DNA from: an uncultured Chlamydiae bacterium
Lineage (GTDB): Bacteria > Chlamydiota > Chlamydiia > Chlamydiales > Parachlamydiaceae
Assembly (NCBI GenBank): GCA_963754655.1
Contig: CAVWGN010000001.1
Location: 1,408,001 to 1,472,000, forward strand
Direction of reading: 5' to 3'
Length of the DNA stretch: 64,000 nt
Under the pieces are notes generated by a model. It did no database searches. It was not told the origin of the DNA and was given only the letters and a program-made list of their open reading frames with translations. The translations under genes and the position numbers were made by a program. Of the stretch, positions 59,894 to 64,000 are shown in pieces. How positions within the stretch are numbered: the first letter of the stretch is position 1; each line of letters starts with the position of its first letter.

Positions 59894-61315
59894 ATGGTTA
59901 TTCAGCAGATTGCCTCCCAAAAATTTCATCTTTATGCTTGCTTGCCTTTTATCGAATTAGCACATGAAAGAATGATTCAATTCGGTCCTGTGACTTTTTG
60001 GCCAGCTTCCAAGTCCGAGGAGTTTTTAACAACCGATCTACATGCCTCTTTTCATCATTATTTACAGGTTGTTGGGCAAATTAAGGCGCCCAATGGGGAC
60101 AAAGAGCAACCATTAGTGAACACAATGACTTTAAATCCTAAGGGAATAACTTGCCTATCAATTGCAGAAAATATTCCAAGTGAAAAGCGTGAGTTTATTC
60201 TCATTGATTCTTTGTATTTACTTTACTTTGCCTGTATATTTCGCAATCTTTATTACGGACAAGAAATTTCTCCTTTTAATGCTTTTCGCAAGATGATTCC
60301 AGCCTCCGAAGAATTTATTAAAAATAAACAGAACTGGGAAAGCTTGCACATCTCTGAAACAGATAGAGAGGAAACAGTTTGCCTACATATTGTTGATCCC
60401 GATATTTGTCATGGACTAGGAAAAGCTTTAGAGTCTATTTATCTTCCTTCAACTCTTCAAGATCAAGAGTTCGTGCAAACTTATAAACGTATTGTACGGT
60501 CGATTCGCTATCTAGTTGACCGTTTTTTTCAACGTTTTATCAATCTTTTTGATAAAGGGCTGACTTTTCCTGAAGAAATATTTGAGCCCGAAGATGTGAT
60601 TTTTTTAGCCTCAAGTTTTGAGTCTTTATTTAATATCAATAATAGCCAAGAAACTCCAGCCGATTTTAAACATAAGCTGCGTCCTCTCCTTCATTTAAAA
60701 TACAGCCGCCCCGTTGAAATTTTCTGGAAATGGGTCGATGATTTTTACGAAGTGAAGCGCCGAATTATTCATGGCGAGACTTTTTTGGATCCTCTATTTC
60801 GTCTCAATCCTAATTTTGAAGTTTCCCATATTCTTTTGGGAATTAAACTTTTTGTTTATTCTGTCTATTATTATCTATTTAAATATCAACTTCTTGAGTC
60901 TACATACGTGGATCCGTATACCCCTCCCGACTTTAAGTGGATTCATCCTGAAGAAGTTTTGCTCTTTTTTTGGACAGAACCTTCAGTATTAGAGAAAATT
61001 AGCTTATTTATTAAGGAAGCTAGACAAGGACCTCTTAAAGAAGAGGCTTTAGCCGATATGAATTTATTGACAACTTTATTCGTCTCTCTTTATGACCGCT
61101 ATTATTTATCAGAGCAATTAACAGGAGAGGGTATTGTACGGTTTATTCCATCGCCTTTAGCTGATTTGAAAGCGCAGGGCGATCAAATTTTAGAACAGAT
61201 CAAACAAATGCAAATGGCTGATCCACACTGTCCCTTTCTGCAATTTATCCACCCTTATTTTATGAGTGTTCTAGAAGATCGCTTAAACGAAAAAAAGTGT
61301 CAGGTGAATGAATGA
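59894..61315 (+). CDS. Hypothetical protein with HEPN-like segment
   Basis: GAGGA site; FLASSFESLF...FYEVKRRIIHG resembles the ApeA-type HEPN pattern. Confidence 0.7.
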   Translation: MVIQQIASQKFHLYACLPFIELAHERMIQFGPVTFWPASKSEEFLTTDLHASFHHYLQVVGQIKAPNGDKEQPLVNTMTLNPKGITCLSIAENIPSEKREFILIDSLYLLYFACIFRNLYYGQEISPFNAFRKMIPASEEFIKNKQNWESLHISETDREETVCLHIVDPDICHGLGKALESIYLPSTLQDQEFVQTYKRIVRSIRYLVDRFFQRFINLFDKGLTFPEEIFEPEDVIFLASSFESLFNINNSQETPADFKHKLRPLLHLKYSRPVEIFWKWVDDFYEVKRRIIHGETFLDPLFRLNPNFEVSHILLGIKLFVYSVYYYLFKYQLLESTYVDPYTPPDFKWIHPEEVLLFFWTEPSVLEKISLFIKEARQGPLKEEALADMNLLTTLFVSLYDRYYLSEQLTGEGIVRFIPSPLADLKAQGDQILEQIKQMQMADPHCPFLQFIHPYFMSVLEDRLNEKKCQVNE

Positions 61316-61409
61316 GGAGCCACTGTTTGGTCGCATACGCATCAGGCTAAATAAAAGAGATTCTTTTAACGGATGGCTCAAAATCCAGGGTATTTTTATT
61401 AAAAAAATC

Positions 61410-61530
61410 TGACACTTACAGCCCTTCAAGCTGAGGCAGGAAATCTCAGCCTGAAGGGCTGTAAGTGCAAAAACCCAGGGCAACGCCCTGGGTATAATTG
61501 AGTTGTGTCATGTAGTCTGAAGGACTACAA
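61410..61530. repeat. REP-like hairpin cluster
   Basis: CACTTACAGCCCTTCAAGCTGAG...CTCAGCCTGAAGGGCTGTAAGTG...CCCAGGGCAACGCCCTGGG...TAGTCTGAAGGACTA; same family as 15691; orphan CATACGCATCAGGCTAA end at 61334. Confidence 0.8.
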
Positions 61531-61685
61531 GAGAATCATCTCATTCCAAACATGTTTTCATCAAACGAATTCCCCCATCTATTTTAACCAGTTAGAAAAT
61601 CCTTTCTTAACTTCAATAAGCTTACTCAATGGCAAAGACAAGGTAAAGAAATAAAAGGATGGAACCCAGGTTTTTCAACTCCGGT

Positions 61686-63944
61686 TTACATTCCCATGGC
61701 AATAAGTGAAGGGGCAAATGATATAAGATCAACATCCCATTGTTGATTATTTACCCATGCTGTTTCATCCATTGGTTGCAAATTCGTTTTGTCTTCTGCG
61801 ATAGAACCAAAGCCAATCTGAGCTGTTCGAAGATTGAAGTAGGCACAAAAGTAAATATTTTTATTCCCTATATTCCAATTGGTAAATGCAAATCGAATAG
61901 CAGATTGCTGGATGATCGTTTTTTCATTTTGAGGCAATACCTGCACAAGCAAGTCATCCAATAGAAGGGCTAGTTGGTTGGCTTGAGTGGAATTCAGATT
62001 GAGCAAAGAACAAATACCGGAGAGAAGATTTTGAGCGTAATTCTGAATAGTTAAAGATTGATTATTATTCAAACTGGTAATTAATTTATTAATGGCACTT
62101 AGATCAGTGAATATATCCAATAAGGCATTTAAACAAGCCTTAGCAAATGCTAGTTTAGTATTTGCATCAATCTGTTGAGTGGCAATCTTCATGCCAGGAA
62201 TGATAAGCATTTTCTGGATCCATTGAGTAGGACTCAACCCGCTTTTTTTATATGCCACAAGATCGGGGATAGTAGGGACAAAATTAAATGCATGCTGAGG
62301 ACTATTCATTGGGCAAAACTCTAGAGTCGTCTTTTTAGATAAATTTAAACACCAATTAATTAATGCTTGAGGATTGGCAACCGTAATGGTCTGGACATTA
62401 GATTCAAATGAGTGACCAGTATCGATGTCATTAACTTCATAGGGATTATCTCCATCGCAGCTTTGCATAGGTGTTCGGGGTAATGTCATGTAATGGGCGA
62501 CAGGATCTGGTTCTTGTTGGTTAAGAATGTCGTATGCCCAAAGAATCTCTCGAAGAAAAGTATCACTTTGTACAAATTGAATAAGTAGGTTAGCAATGTT
62601 TACAACGGAAGGAGATGTGCCAAGTAGGTCTTTAGTTAAGATAATGGCAGCTAAAACAAGTTCCCTAAAATCTTCAGGAGTAATTTTTAGGATTCCTATT
62701 AACGTTGGTTGATTAGGGATGCGCTGATAAAGTTGGAATCCTCTATTTGTAGAGCTGCCATCAGCAGAAACTTGAGGAAGAGGGATGTCTAGATTGTACA
62801 CAAGGCGATAGGAAGCGTTGAAAATTTCATTGAAAGCTTTTTGGAAATCACTACCAGCTGAACCCAAGGATTGCCAGATGCTTGCCATTACTGTTGCAAG
62901 ACAATCATTAATGTTGCTCCTTGTCGAATCTCGAGGTCTATCTTCTGCCATGCTTGCGAATGCACACTCAGTTCCTCGAAGGATAGGCTGATTGGTAAGA
63001 CTGCTAAAACCATAGAGTCCTTGTCTAATTAAATCGTCTTTATTGAGCTGAGAATGAGTGGAAGTGATGATGTCTGCCATAGCTTTAATCACTTGTGAAG
63101 CTGTGACTTGAAGGTGATCTGTTGAATGTCCTTGAAAAAGTAATTGGATAACTTGATTAGAAAGATGGGGGATTTGATCGCCTCCCATTAAGTGAGAAGC
63201 TGCAGCGAAGCCTGGAGCTTCAAATAGAAAAATATGCGCTCCTATGTAGCCAGACTTGTCAATTGTAAATGGTTGATTTTGATCCGTATCGGCAAGGATT
63301 GGCAAGAAGAAGAAATAATCATCGTGAGTATTGACCAAACGAGTAATAAATCCCTTTTGCACAATGTCTGCATAATCCCGAGCACTCTGAAGGAAATAGT
63401 TATTGTGATCACGAATTAAATCAGCTATAGCAAAGCAATTTCCCACTGGACCTTGGTTAACAGGAGCAAACAGGGCAGCTAAAACAGCGACTTTAGCATG
63501 ACGGTTAGTCACAACATCTTGTGGGCCTAAGCTGAATAAAGCTCGCAAAGCTAAATGAGCCACGCTTTTAGGATCTTGAGGTTTACTAATTTTGTCAAAA
63601 AATGTCTGCCAGGAATTGTCTAATACATCAAGTAATCGATCAATATTTCTTTCAGCTTCTTTAGGTTGTGAAGAGACAAAATAAGGCTTGACCATCTTGC
63701 ATAAATGAGCTTGAAATTGATCGTTAGCATCAAATAATAGATCTGCAAGGATAAGGGCCCGCCGCATTTCATAAGAAAGATCCGAATCTTGGATGCCTGC
63801 TTGAATTTGGAGATGATGGAATTGATTTAGTTCATTGATGGCATGTTGGATAGAATCTAACTCGGCCGCGTAGATTTTATTAGGCTGTGCAATGACAAAG
63901 CATATGATAAAAAAAGACATTAAAATTCGTTGTAATGCTTTCAT
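61686..63944 (-). CDS. Secreted protein, candidate papain-fold cysteine protease
   Basis: AGGAG site, signal peptide, NQGPVGNCF, QHAF and TNW motifs in Cys-His-Asn order. Confidence 0.7.
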   Translation of the reverse strand: MKALQRILMSFFIICFVIAQPNKIYAAELDSIQHAINELNQFHHLQIQAGIQDSDLSYEMRRALILADLLFDANDQFQAHLCKMVKPYFVSSQPKEAERNIDRLLDVLDNSWQTFFDKISKPQDPKSVAHLALRALFSLGPQDVVTNRHAKVAVLAALFAPVNQGPVGNCFAIADLIRDHNNYFLQSARDYADIVQKGFITRLVNTHDDYFFFLPILADTDQNQPFTIDKSGYIGAHIFLFEAPGFAAASHLMGGDQIPHLSNQVIQLLFQGHSTDHLQVTASQVIKAMADIITSTHSQLNKDDLIRQGLYGFSSLTNQPILRGTECAFASMAEDRPRDSTRSNINDCLATVMASIWQSLGSAGSDFQKAFNEIFNASYRLVYNLDIPLPQVSADGSSTNRGFQLYQRIPNQPTLIGILKITPEDFRELVLAAIILTKDLLGTSPSVVNIANLLIQFVQSDTFLREILWAYDILNQQEPDPVAHYMTLPRTPMQSCDGDNPYEVNDIDTGHSFESNVQTITVANPQALINWCLNLSKKTTLEFCPMNSPQHAFNFVPTIPDLVAYKKSGLSPTQWIQKMLIIPGMKIATQQIDANTKLAFAKACLNALLDIFTDLSAINKLITSLNNNQSLTIQNYAQNLLSGICSLLNLNSTQANQLALLLDDLLVQVLPQNEKTIIQQSAIRFAFTNWNIGNKNIYFCAYFNLRTAQIGFGSIAEDKTNLQPMDETAWVNNQQWDVDLISFAPSLIAMGM

Positions 63945-64000
63945 AAAAACTCCTTATCATTAATTCCTACTCTCAACCTGATAGATGTTTTTCTTCGGGG

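Overview
AT-rich genome segment of a member of Chlamydiae, most like the amoeba-infecting Parachlamydiaceae (inferred from gene content and order, not from a search). Bases 1-29100 are dominated by an expanded paralogue family: 14 loci encoding an N-terminal F-box-like motif, a conserved middle domain and tandem 25-aa DUF4116-type repeats. They form two tandem clusters and one divergent copy, and include a pseudogene, a frameshifted copy, a fragment and mosaic genes. The second cluster grew by segmental duplication that also copied parts of acpS and a PIN/TRAM gene. An IS607 element (tnpA plus frameshifted tnpB) sits next to acpS. Intergenic DNA holds two families of ~0.5 kb near-perfect palindromic elements built from nested REP/MITE-like modules. 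They show target duplications and substitutions mirrored in both arms, and in one family the 41-bp spacer is inverted between paralogous copies. Bases 31000-64000 are mostly core genes (acpS, rlmH, smpB, recF, dnaN, apbE, folD, rarA, asd, ispA, ugd, maf), interspersed with candidate effectors (macrodomain, F-box, permuted papain-like, papain-like, HEPN-like). No tRNA, rRNA, CRISPR array or reverse transcriptase was seen. All family assignments are by motif recognition, without database searches.
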